Shown one piece after another: positions 1-9,037 of a DNA stretch of 64,000 nucleotides. The position numbers and the translations under genes are program-made. The DNA comes from an uncultured Clostridia bacterium (GTDB taxonomy: Bacteria > Bacillota > Clostridia > TANB77 > CAG-508). The stretch covers positions 376 to 64,375 of the forward strand of contig CANRNR010000006.1 in assembly GCA_947632035.1 (NCBI GenBank), in the 5' to 3' direction. The notes below the pieces were generated by a model. It saw only the letters and a program-made list of their open reading frames with translations, was not told the DNA's origin and searched no databases. Position 1 is the first letter of the stretch. The number at the start of each line of letters is the position of its first letter.

Positions 1-517
1 CATATTTTGGAGTATGTCTATCTTCTGGAAATGTTACATCTGCTGATAATTGTTCTCCTGTTCCTTTTGCTACATGGTGTACTACTACTCCTGGTGATTC
101 TTTTACATCATATAAATATGTTACTTCTATTTCCTCAAATTCATATGTTCCTTCACTATTTGATGGTGTTTCTGTTAATTCATATTGTGGATTTAATTCT
201 TCAGTAGTTTTTGCACTTGTTGTATATGTTGAATGTTCTTTTCCATATTTTATATCATCTTCTGCAACTTTATCATCTACTAATGGTACCGGTTTTTCTG
301 TTCCTTCTATGTAATGGTGTACTATTAATGGTATTTTCTTTTCTACATAATAATATGTTACTTCTTTATCTTCTGGTCCATAATTTCCACTTGCATCTCC
401 TGGTATTTTATATGTTCCATCTTCGTTCTTTTCTGGTTCATATTTTTCTAAATCCAAATGTACTCTTGTGCTATATTCTTCTCCTTCCTTGCATTTTCTG
501 AGCCTTCTATTATTGCT
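1..517 (-). pseudogene. Distal 3' part of the giant surface-protein gene (MucBP-like repeats); open to the window edge and out of frame with 448..2460
   Basis: Minus-strand translation of 517..2 has no stop: SNNRRLRKCKEGEEYSTRVHLDLEKYEPEKNEDGTYKIPGDASGNYGPEDKEVTYYYVEKKIPLIVHHYIEGTEKPVPLVDDKVAEDDIKYGKEHSTYTTSAKTTEELNPQYELTETPSNSEGTYEFEEIEVTYLYDVKESPGVVVHHVAKGTGEQLSADVTFPEDRHTPKY. There is no ATG or SD. The frame opens right after a TAA at 518-520 and overlaps the end of the 448..2445 ORF in another frame. The VTYxY / V(V)HHY spacing resembles MucBP-type adhesin repeats. Confidence 0.6.
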
Positions 518-2460
518 TTATTATCTTCTTTAAAATCCACAGTTACCGGATTTTCTAGAGGTATATATCCTTCAGAAGTATTTACTTCAGTAATTGTATA
601 TCTTCCTAATGGTACTTGTGTTGTTCCTTTTCCATCACTATTTGTTGTTACTGTTGTATGATATAGCTCTGAATCATTTAAAGTTACTTTTATATCTTTT
701 ACTGTAAAACAATCGTCTCCATCATCATCAGTTACACTTTTACAGTAACCTAGGTGTAAATAATATTGATAACCTCCATCTAATGTTATTGTATAATCTT
801 TATACTCTGAATCTGTTGTTCCTGATATACATACAAATCTTGTCGATGTATTACTATTATATGATGGTGCTGTATCTGTTGTTGTTACTGTTGCATATCC
901 ATAATCCCAAGTATCACTTGATACTTTTGCTTTTAGACTTAAATTATATTTTCCTTGACAATCAGACAAATTTATTGGTATGTATGAATTTGCTGTTGTA
1001 TTTTCCTTTGTTTGATTATTTGATTTATATTCTCCATTTTGATTTACAAAATTATATTGTACTTCTTTTGCTTCGTATACTTTTATACTATATATCACTA
1101 CTTGATTTTCGTATGATGTATCTTTATTAGTATATCTGTAATATCCTATATGTAGATATTTTGTAGTTCCTCCATCTATAACTGAAGAAACATATGCTTT
1201 TTTCTCCTGATTTTCATGAATATACAAAAATCTTCCAGTTGAAGTAGTATATGATGGTGGTGTTTTAGAATTGTTTATTGTAGCATAACCATAATCAAAT
1301 CCTCCAGCCGATATACTCGCCTCTATTACTACTACATACTTTCCAGTTTTTCCATTTAAATCTATTGGGAAAGATGAATTAGCTGTTGTGTATGCACTTT
1401 CGTTTGTTGGTATATATGTTCCATCTTCTTGTTGTTCAAACCAATAATTTCTAGCTTTAATCATATCTTTTAATACATCTTCTGTTACATCCACCTCAGT
1501 ATTTGGACCATAGTATACAGCACTATTTGAAGTTAATGGTCCTAGTACATCTTCTGTTGGTGCTAATCTTTCTTCTACTTGATCTAGCTTAAATTCTACA
1601 CCTTCTATTGGTTCTTTTGTTTTACTATCTTCTTTTTTTATTACTATTTTATTTGACTTCTTTGCATATGTTACTACTACATGCTTATCTTCTTTTACGT
1701 TGTCAAATTTATCTAATGTATAACTTCCATCTTCAGCTGGTGTAAAGCTCTGCTCTACTCCATTTACTGTTACTTTTATTATTTCATATGTATTATCTTC
1801 AGGTTTCATTGTTATATCTAATTTACTACTATCTCCATATTTTACTGTTTCATATGGGTTTTGATTTTCACCTAATATGTCTCCTCCTCTTTGTCCATCT
1901 ATTTCTTCTACATCTGTTGTTATTTTAAATTCTTTTCTGTAGTTCTTTACTTCTAATTCTTCTACTTCTGGTACTCCTATCATATTAGCAACTTTTAGTA
2001 ACATACCATCTTCTTTACCTTTATTATTTAGAGTTTTACCATCTGTTTCTATTGTTTCGCTCTCGAAATATCCTCCTGCTAATATTGTTCCATTATTTAA
2101 TTCTATTGCTGAAGTTATATAATCATTAGAGGTTCCACCAATTGATTTTGCCCAGTCTACTACATATTTATCTGGACTATCTATATTTTCATTTAGTTTA
2201 TATTTTATTAATAATCCATTATTGCCCCCATTATTATTTATATTATAATCTTCCACTCTCATAGTACCGCTTGTAAAATTTCCTGCTATTATATACCCAT
2301 CATCACTTGTAGCTGATATTGAAATAATCTCTTCAATTCCAGGTCCACCAATATAAGAACTCCATTCAACTTCATTATTAGCGTTATACTTTATTGTTAA
2401 CACATCTATATAATTATTCATTACATGATCACCGTTCATCTTCACATTTATAACAACTTC
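448..2460 (-). pseudogene. Frameshifted middle segment of the same giant gene: beta-propeller repeats, two unassigned ~110-aa DYGYAT modules, one Cna-B/SpaA-type domain
   Basis: The 665-aa ORF has no SD. Its frame is open upstream to 2460, just after a TAG at 2461-2463. It continues the repeat pattern of the upstream ORF (..YIDVLTIKYNANNEVEWSSYIGG..SDDGYIIAGNF..). The C-terminal TTVTTNSDGKGTTQVPLGRYTITEVNTSEGYIP is a Cna-B/SpaA-like signature. Confidence 0.6.
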
Positions 2461-4310
2461 CTACCAAATATCCTCCTTCATTTGTTGCTAATACTGAAGT
2501 TATTTGCTCATTTGATCGTTCATCTGCCCATTCAATTTCATTATTCGCTCCATACTTAACTAGTAGTCCAAAAGAATATAGCTTATTATATTCCTCAATA
2601 CTATCATTAAAAAATTTATAGTCTCCTACTTCTATACTACTACTTTTGAAATTTCCTCCTACTACATATCCTCCATCACTAGTTGCTGTTACTGAAGTTA
2701 TTTCATCTTCGTCATTTCCTCCAAAGCTTGTTACTCTTTCGACTTCTCCTCTTTCTGATACTTTGATTAGTAATCCATCATAACTTCCATTACTTGTTAA
2801 TGTATCACTTCCTACTGTTATTCTTCCTTCAAAAGATCCTCCTATTATATATCCTCCATCACTTAGTTCTGTTACTGAATTTATATAGTCACTATTACTT
2901 TCTCCAATGCTCTTTGTCCATTCTAATTCTCCTAAACTATTATATTTGTTTATTTTATTACTTTCACCAACTATATAACCCATATCTTTTGTTTCCAAAA
3001 TTACATTAGCAATTATATCAGATACACTCCATTCTAATTCAGATGCACTAGTATATTTTCTTAAACCTACTTCTCCTTCGCCTCCTATTATATATCCTCC
3101 ATCACTAGTTTTTACTATTGAATTTATTCGATCATTACTACCTTCTCCTATTGATGTAGCAGTTATAGTAATTGGATTACCTATTTCCCTCTGCATACAT
3201 TTATAGAACGAATGTGAATTATTAAAAGTTCCTCCCAATATATACTCTCCATTATTGGTTACAGATACTGATGTTATACGATCAGTCCTATTTGTTTCAA
3301 TACATTTAGCATATTCAACTTTTCCTTCTGAATTATACTTGATTGCTATAGCATCGGTTTTTCTTTGATCACCGTGTAAAAATGTACGGACCTACAACTA
3401 CAGCATCTCTATAACATCCACCTATTAAATATCCACCATCATTAGTTTGAATCATTGAAGTTAATTCGCCCGACTCAGCAGAATCAATTTTCTCTGAAAT
3501 CCATTCAAGTTCATTAGTTGAACTGAATTTGATTAGCTCGCCTTCATTATTGTCTCTCACTATATAGCCTCCATCACTAGTTGCTAACAAATCAGATATT
3601 TGAAAATTCTCAATATCTTTTAAATCTGGTACCAATTCAACTTTTCCTTCTGCATTATACTTAATTAATTTCGAGTTTACTCCAGCTATATACCCTCCAT
3701 CTCTTGTTTGCTTCACTTTATTTAAATTACCTTCAAATTTATTTTCCCATTCGACATTTCCATTTAATCCATATTTTATTATTAATACATTATTTAATCT
3801 TTGATCCGTATTCGCATCACTAGTAATAGTATATGTACGATTCTCTATATTTATTGTATCTCCTTTTTTTCCTTCCAAATTAACTCCTAGTATAAAACCT
3901 CCATCACTAGTCGCTGATACTGAAGGATAATTCTGATATTGATATTTTCCTCCAATACTCTTTACCCACTGGAAATTTCCGTTAGAGCTGTATTTAATTA
4001 TTAGTATACCGTCTTCTCCATTTCTTTTTATTGGTTCATTCTCTACTATTACATTGCTTGAAGTGAACCTAGCTAATACTATATATTCTCCATTACTCGT
4101 TTCTTCAACTGAATATATTACATCATAAGAAGTTCCTCCAATGCTCTTTGCCCATTCAACATTATTGTCAGCTCCGTACTTGATTAATAGTCCATCAGCG
4201 CCTCCATAACTTGTTAAGACATCTTCTCCTATTGTTATTTTACTTGTGAAACTTCCTCCTACTATATACCCTCCATCACTAGTTCCTAATACTTTCTCTA
4301 ATTCATTTAT
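1950..4310 (-). repeat. Array of SBBP-like beta-propeller repeats that runs across two of the frame breaks
   Basis: About 45-60-aa units recur: TSDGGYI(V/I)GG.F...I.(V/I)G...L...G..DGLLIKY...G..EW.KSIGG. They begin at LGTSDGGYIVGGSF (~4270) and end near DGMLLKVANMIG (~1960). Confidence 0.6.
2429..3391 (-). pseudogene. Frameshifted segment of the same giant gene (beta-propeller repeats)
   Basis: The frame is open from 3391, after a TAG at 3392-3394. It reads VRTFLHGDQRKTDAIAIKYNSEGKVEYAKCIETNRTDRITSVSVTNNGEYILGGTF..., which continues the GGY..GG / DG.L.KY / G..EW repeat. The 'M' in the ORF track is an internal TTG with no SD. Confidence 0.6.
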
Positions 4311-7300
4311 ATTCAAATTCGATTCAAATGTTATTGACATTGATTTTCTTGCTTCTCTTGATTGTCCTATTCCAAAGTAATATTCGTTGTTTGTTATATC
4401 ATATTTTTCATTATTTGCTTGTATTTCTACTGCTTTGTATAATCCTTCTCTTAAGTCTGCTTCTATTTCTCCTTGTTCATTTGTTGTTAATGTATAATAT
4501 GTTTTTCCATTTATTTCTTCTCTTTCTCCTAATATGTTGTATTTACTGTCTAATGCTAGTTGCTCTTCTCCAGTATCTACATTGTATATTGCAAATTTTG
4601 TACCTGGTAGTGGTGTTTCTGTTTCTCCATCTTTCTTTATTAATTTAAATGATGGGCTATCTTCTATTGTTAATGTTACTGTGTTAGTTTCGTTTTCTAC
4701 TGTTTGTTCTTTTATTTTACCCTCTTTTATTTCCATGATTAACGAACCTTCTGCATTCTTTGTTACAAAGAAGGTTATGTCTTTTACTTTTGCATATCCA
4801 TCTGGAGCTGATATTTCTTTTAACGTATACGTTTGGTCTACTTGTCTTGTTTCTTCATATTGATATAAATTCTCTATTGTTATATTTCCTATATCATTAG
4901 TTGTGTAGTCTTTTATTTTTTCTGTTCCTTTAAATAGTCTGAACTTTACTCCTGCTAATGGTTCTGTCTTTCCCTTTACTACTTTATTTATTTTTAATGT
5001 GTATTCTGGTATTTTTTCATTTTCTATTTTTAATGTTATTGCTGGTATTTCTGCATCTGCTCCTGTTGTTGTATTTTCTACTACTAGATTCTGTCCATTA
5101 TCTTCTGTTATACTTGCAATATAGTTTTCGTTTCCATCATTGTTAATTATAACTTTTATTGGGCTTGCTAAATAATACCCATCTGCTTTTACTTCTTCTA
5201 GGGTATATTCTTCTCCTATACTCAATCCATTTAAACTTGCTTCTCCATTTATATTTGTAGTTATGTTTTTTCCATCTTCATAGTTCTTTCCTGTTATTTT
5301 AAAACGTACTCCTTTTAATTTTGTGTCTGGGTTTCCTTTTTTTGTTTTTACTATTTTTAAGATTGCTTTTACTTCATCTTCTACTTGTACTTCTACCTTA
5401 TATTTTCCATCATCTTGTGGTCCTATTACTTTTATTGATTTTGAGTTTCCATTAACTGTTACTTCATCTACTAATTTTAATGCCTCTCCATCTTCTGTTA
5501 CTTTAAATTTTATTTCTGCTTCATTTAGTTCATAATCTGCTGGACTTTTTATCTCTTTTATTACATATGTTCTATCTACATATAAATTTGTTAATGTTAA
5601 TGTTCCACTTGAATTTGTTGTCCTTGTTTTTCCGTCTTTTGCATTTTCCTCTTTTATCAAATATGTAGCTCCTGGTACTGTATTATTTCTTCCTAATTGA
5701 TATTTTATAAGTTCTATGTCATATTGTTTTGCTATCATTATTCCTACTTTGTTTGGTTCTGTTTGTGTTTTATATTTTCCATGCTCAGTATCTAAACTAA
5801 AGTATACTGCATGGTGACTAAATGTTACTTGATTGTAGGTTAAACCAGTTGGTATTGAAACTGTATAGCTTATTTCATATTTATCATTTTGATTTATTTT
5901 ATTATCCCCTAAGTCTATCAAATAACTTTTTATATTGGTAAAGTCTTTTGGATATTGTTGCCAATTATTAGTTTCAAGTGTTACATCTTCTGTAGCATAT
6001 ATATTATCGCTATAATATACTTTTGCTATTGATTTCAATCTTTCTGGAAGTGTTAGTGTTCCTTGCATTGTTGTATCGAATTCAGAACCTAAATTCTCAC
6101 CACTTATTACGTATTTATTTTCTGTATGAGGTATTCTTCCTAATATTTTTACTTCACTTATTGTGCTATTATAATTATTGTTTATTTGAACATTGATTGT
6201 TGCTGTTTTCTGATTTTTCTCAACAAGTGCTATTTGTGGTGCAACAGTAACACTTGTTTTATTATCATATTCTGTTATTGTTTCACATGTAAGTAATGAG
6301 TTTGGTGATACTAAATTTAAATCCGTATCTGTTTTTCCTATGTTTTCTTTTTTATTTAAATTTCCATTTAAATCATATTCATCTGCAGTTTTATTCCAAT
6401 AATCTACGGCATTTTCATTATAATAATATAGCTCTACTTTTTCTGTTTGCGTTATTTTTCTTGGATCTGGTGTTATGTCACAATTTATTACTACATCAAA
6501 TGTTGTAGGAATACTATTTTCTGTTTTTATTTTTATATAGCAATTTTCTCCTTCTTTATATTGTTCAAAACTTAATATTTCTACATTTGAATTCGTACTT
6601 CTTACATCATTTATTTCTACATCTACTATATTTGGCAATTTTGCTAAAAATACTCCATTTTGCCATCTTGCTTGGTTGTAATCTTCAATTGCTGTTGCTT
6701 GTATAGTTATGTTCATATTCTTTTCTGTTGATTGTGTTGATATTGTGTCCTTATCTAAATATATACTTGCTGTTGCATATGGTGCTTCATATTTTACATT
6801 TTTACTATCTAACTTTACTAATTCGTCTTCTAAATATCCACATAATGTTGAGTTAATATATTCTAATTCCATAAATGCATTTAAATCATAATGTTCTGTA
6901 ATATATTCATCATCTAATTGTTTTATGTTATATACATATAATCTTTCTTCTTTGTTTGCCTTTGTTGTCTCTACTCTTATATGTTTTACTGGTCTTTCAT
7001 ATATATATGGATTACTTTCATTATATCGACTCCAATTGTCTTTATTAAATGTCATAAGTAATTCATCTAATTCATTATCATATACTTTTATTTCTCCTTC
7101 TTCTCCTAATAATAATGATGGATCTGAGAAGTAAATTCCTATATTGCTAGTTACTTCTTCCATGCTTACATAATCACCATTTGTTTTTATAAACTGATCA
7201 CATATTTGTTTATTATTATTTTCTTCTTTCATTACCATTTTTTTATTTCCATCGTTTGTTCCTACCCTACCATACCATGTTACTAGGTAATTATCATCTT

Positions 7301-8729
7301 TTTCCTCGCTTGATAAACCATTATATATTTTTAATGGTTTTTCTTTTGATACTATATATCTATTTGTTGGTTTATATATTTTCTTCCCTATTTCTATAGT
7401 AAAGTTTGATTCCCAAAACTTATCTTGCTGGTCTACGTGTACATTTATAATTGTTACATATGTTAAAACAATGGTTGATTGTGGTTGGTTTGATATTTCC
7501 GGGTTATTAAATTCACTATTTGTATTATTATATCCTTCATAATATGCTTTTACTGGTATACGTAGTTCTACTCTTTCTATTCCTGTTTGTCTATATGCTT
7601 CTAGTGGATATACTACTTTAATAGTATAATTATTGTTTCTTGATATTTTATCTGTTACTATTTTTGTATCTTCATTTAATACAGATTCTCTTTCTATTGT
7701 AAAGTTTCTAGTATCTGGATCATAATCAAATTTTACATTGCTACTTGTACATTCTACTCTTATTGGTGGTTGCTCATTAAATAACGGTATTGTTCCTTCT
7801 ACTACTGACTTTTTTAATATTAATTCTTCTTTTGTTTCTGTAGTAGATACTGTAAATTCTAATTTTAATTCATCATTCTCCTCATCTATTGCTGCTTTTA
7901 TGTCTTTATATTGTGTTGTATTTGTTATTTCTGCTCTTACACTTCCATGCCAATCAACATCAAATTGTACTTCTTTTCTAACTGCTTTATTTATGCTTCC
8001 ATCATCGGATATATATGTTCCTGTTAATGTTACTGTTCCCTTTTTACTATATTTACTTGTATCATATTCTGTTATATTTGATTTTATAGTTCCTGAAATT
8101 AACTTTTGCCAACCAGTATTAACTGTCTTTAAGTTTATTGTTTCTATATCATTTCCTATTGTATTATCTCTTATTATTGAGTCTTTTGGTAAACTTGTTT
8201 GGAAGTCAAAGTTTTCTCCATTTATTGTTATTACACCATTTTCCAAACGTCCATTAGTTTGTACTTTAAGTTCTATGTATAAAGTATCTGTTTCTTTTAC
8301 ATTTCTACATGTTCCTCTTATACTTTCTGCTATTCCATCATAGTTTAAGTCACGCAAAAAGAATGCATCAAATTTAACACATTCGTTAGTATCTGGTACA
8401 TTTTCTTCTCCTGGCTGAACTTGATTATATGTCATTGACCTTGCAATTTCACCCATATCTTGAGGCTTTATTTGGTTATAGCTTCCTACTAAGGCTATTA
8501 CTAGCACTATTGCTGTAGCAAGTACACTTGCTCCTATTAGTAGCTTTTGCCTTAGGCCTTTCGCTTGTTTTTCGCCATTTTCTTTATTTGCTTCAGCTTT
8601 AGCTTTACGTTTAGCCTTAATAATCTTTGCTTTTTCTCTAATTCTTTTCTTCTTAGCATTTGGCAAAATTGCTTTAGGAATTTTCTCCTTTTCGTTTAAA
8701 TTTTCATTTTGGTTTTGATTCTCATCCAT
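3369..8729 (-). CDS. Giant cell-surface protein, intact 5' part (1786 codons): Lys-rich cytoplasmic N-terminus, signal-anchor TM, scaffold region homologous to 33134..38419 and 44560..49782, four Cna-B/SpaA-type domains, beta-propeller repeats
   Basis: Long ORF. ATG at 8729 sits 10 nt downstream of GGAGG (8740-8744); the TTG at 8756 in the ORF track would include the SD itself. TM segment LLIGASVLATAIVLVIALVGSY. Shared family motifs include LYIELKVQTNGRLENGVITINGENF (compare LYINLKVKENGYLKDGVIEFQNSNF) and KILGRIP...LGSEFD. Cna-B signatures include VPGATYLIKEE..TNSSGTLTLTNLYVDRTYVIKEIKSPADYEL and LAGVKFRLFKG..EISAPDGY. Confidence 0.8.
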   Translation of the reverse strand: MDENQNQNENLNEKEKIPKAILPNAKKKRIREKAKIIKAKRKAKAEANKENGEKQAKGLRQKLLIGASVLATAIVLVIALVGSYNQIKPQDMGEIARSMTYNQVQPGEENVPDTNECVKFDAFFLRDLNYDGIAESIRGTCRNVKETDTLYIELKVQTNGRLENGVITINGENFDFQTSLPKDSIIRDNTIGNDIETINLKTVNTGWQKLISGTIKSNITEYDTSKYSKKGTVTLTGTYISDDGSINKAVRKEVQFDVDWHGSVRAEITNTTQYKDIKAAIDEENDELKLEFTVSTTETKEELILKKSVVEGTIPLFNEQPPIRVECTSSNVKFDYDPDTRNFTIERESVLNEDTKIVTDKISRNNNYTIKVVYPLEAYRQTGIERVELRIPVKAYYEGYNNTNSEFNNPEISNQPQSTIVLTYVTIINVHVDQQDKFWESNFTIEIGKKIYKPTNRYIVSKEKPLKIYNGLSSEEKDDNYLVTWYGRVGTNDGNKKMVMKEENNNKQICDQFIKTNGDYVSMEEVTSNIGIYFSDPSLLLGEEGEIKVYDNELDELLMTFNKDNWSRYNESNPYIYERPVKHIRVETTKANKEERLYVYNIKQLDDEYITEHYDLNAFMELEYINSTLCGYLEDELVKLDSKNVKYEAPYATASIYLDKDTISTQSTEKNMNITIQATAIEDYNQARWQNGVFLAKLPNIVDVEINDVRSTNSNVEILSFEQYKEGENCYIKIKTENSIPTTFDVVINCDITPDPRKITQTEKVELYYYNENAVDYWNKTADEYDLNGNLNKKENIGKTDTDLNLVSPNSLLTCETITEYDNKTSVTVAPQIALVEKNQKTATINVQINNNYNSTISEVKILGRIPHTENKYVISGENLGSEFDTTMQGTLTLPERLKSIAKVYYSDNIYATEDVTLETNNWQQYPKDFTNIKSYLIDLGDNKINQNDKYEISYTVSIPTGLTYNQVTFSHHAVYFSLDTEHGKYKTQTEPNKVGIMIAKQYDIELIKYQLGRNNTVPGATYLIKEENAKDGKTRTTNSSGTLTLTNLYVDRTYVIKEIKSPADYELNEAEIKFKVTEDGEALKLVDEVTVNGNSKSIKVIGPQDDGKYKVEVQVEDEVKAILKIVKTKKGNPDTKLKGVRFKITGKNYEDGKNITTNINGEASLNGLSIGEEYTLEEVKADGYYLASPIKVIINNDGNENYIASITEDNGQNLVVENTTTGADAEIPAITLKIENEKIPEYTLKINKVVKGKTEPLAGVKFRLFKGTEKIKDYTTNDIGNITIENLYQYEETRQVDQTYTLKEISAPDGYAKVKDITFFVTKNAEGSLIMEIKEGKIKEQTVENETNTVTLTIEDSPSFKLIKKDGETETPLPGTKFAIYNVDTGEEQLALDSKYNILGEREEINGKTYYTLTTNEQGEIEADLREGLYKAVEIQANNEKYDITNNEYYFGIGQSREARKSMSITFESNLNINELEKVLGTSDGGYIVGGSFTSKITIGEDVLTSYGGADGLLIKYGADNNVEWAKSIGGTSYDVIYSVEETSNGEYIVLARFTSSNVIVENEPIKRNGEDGILIIKYSSNGNFQWVKSIGGKYQYQNYPSVSATSDGGFILGVNLEGKKGDTINIENRTYTITSDANTDQRLNNVLIIKYGLNGNVEWENKFEGNLNKVKQTRDGGYIAGVNSKLIKYNAEGKVELVPDLKDIENFQISDLLATSDGGYIVRDNNEGELIKFSSTNELEWISEKIDSAESGELTSMIQTNDGGYLIGGCYRDAVVVGPYIFTR

Positions 8730-8804
8730 GTGTAGTTTACCTCCATACAAAAACAATAAAAAATAATATAAAACATAGTTTTAAAGTTTATATTTATATA
8801 TATA

Positions 8805-8833
8805 ATTATAAATTCTTGTAAAGAGCTTGTAAA
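8805..8833 (-). promoter_or_regulatory. Predicted sigmaA-type promoter of the giant gene: -35 TTTACA (8828-8833), 17-nt spacer, -10 TATAAT (8805-8810)
   Basis: Read directly on the minus strand. An alternative pair exists: TTTACA at 8817-8822 with ATATAA at 8794-8799. Confidence 0.45.
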
Positions 8834-8839
8834 CAACAT

Positions 8840-8873
8840 GAAAGCTGGTAAATTGCACCATTTACCAGCTTTC
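8840..8873 (-). terminator. Perfect 14-bp stem / 6-nt loop hairpin between the TCS operon and the giant-gene promoter
   Basis: gaaagctggtaaat-tgcacc-atttaccagctttc. On the minus strand it is followed by catgttgttt, a weak U-tract. Confidence 0.4.
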
Positions 8874-8991
8874 TTTACGGATTATCTATTTTGGTTTATT
8901 ATTAAAAATTATTTACATTTTTGTCACATTTTGGCTACTTTTTAGCCCTCATTTTGCATTGTTTGTATTTCCGTAGGTTTTATTTTGTAAT

Positions 8992-9034
8992 AATTGGTAG
9001 AGATAAGCATAAGTAGTTTATGACTCTACCAATT
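8992..9034 (-). terminator. Hairpin immediately after the histidine-kinase stop codon
   Basis: aattggtagag (8992-9002) pairs with ctctaccaatt (9024-9034). The loop is 21 nt and the downstream sequence is A/T-rich. Confidence 0.35.
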
Positions 9035-9037
9035 GAG

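Noticed and set aside
4328-8343. Numerous plus-strand ORFs of 60-200 aa (and similar ones throughout 27.5-49.8 kb) antisense to the giant genes
   Set aside because: They are Leu/Phe/Ile/Ser-rich low-complexity translations with no SD sequences. Each lies wholly inside a long, motif-rich minus-strand ORF. This is the expected by-product of AT-rich codon usage on the opposite strand.
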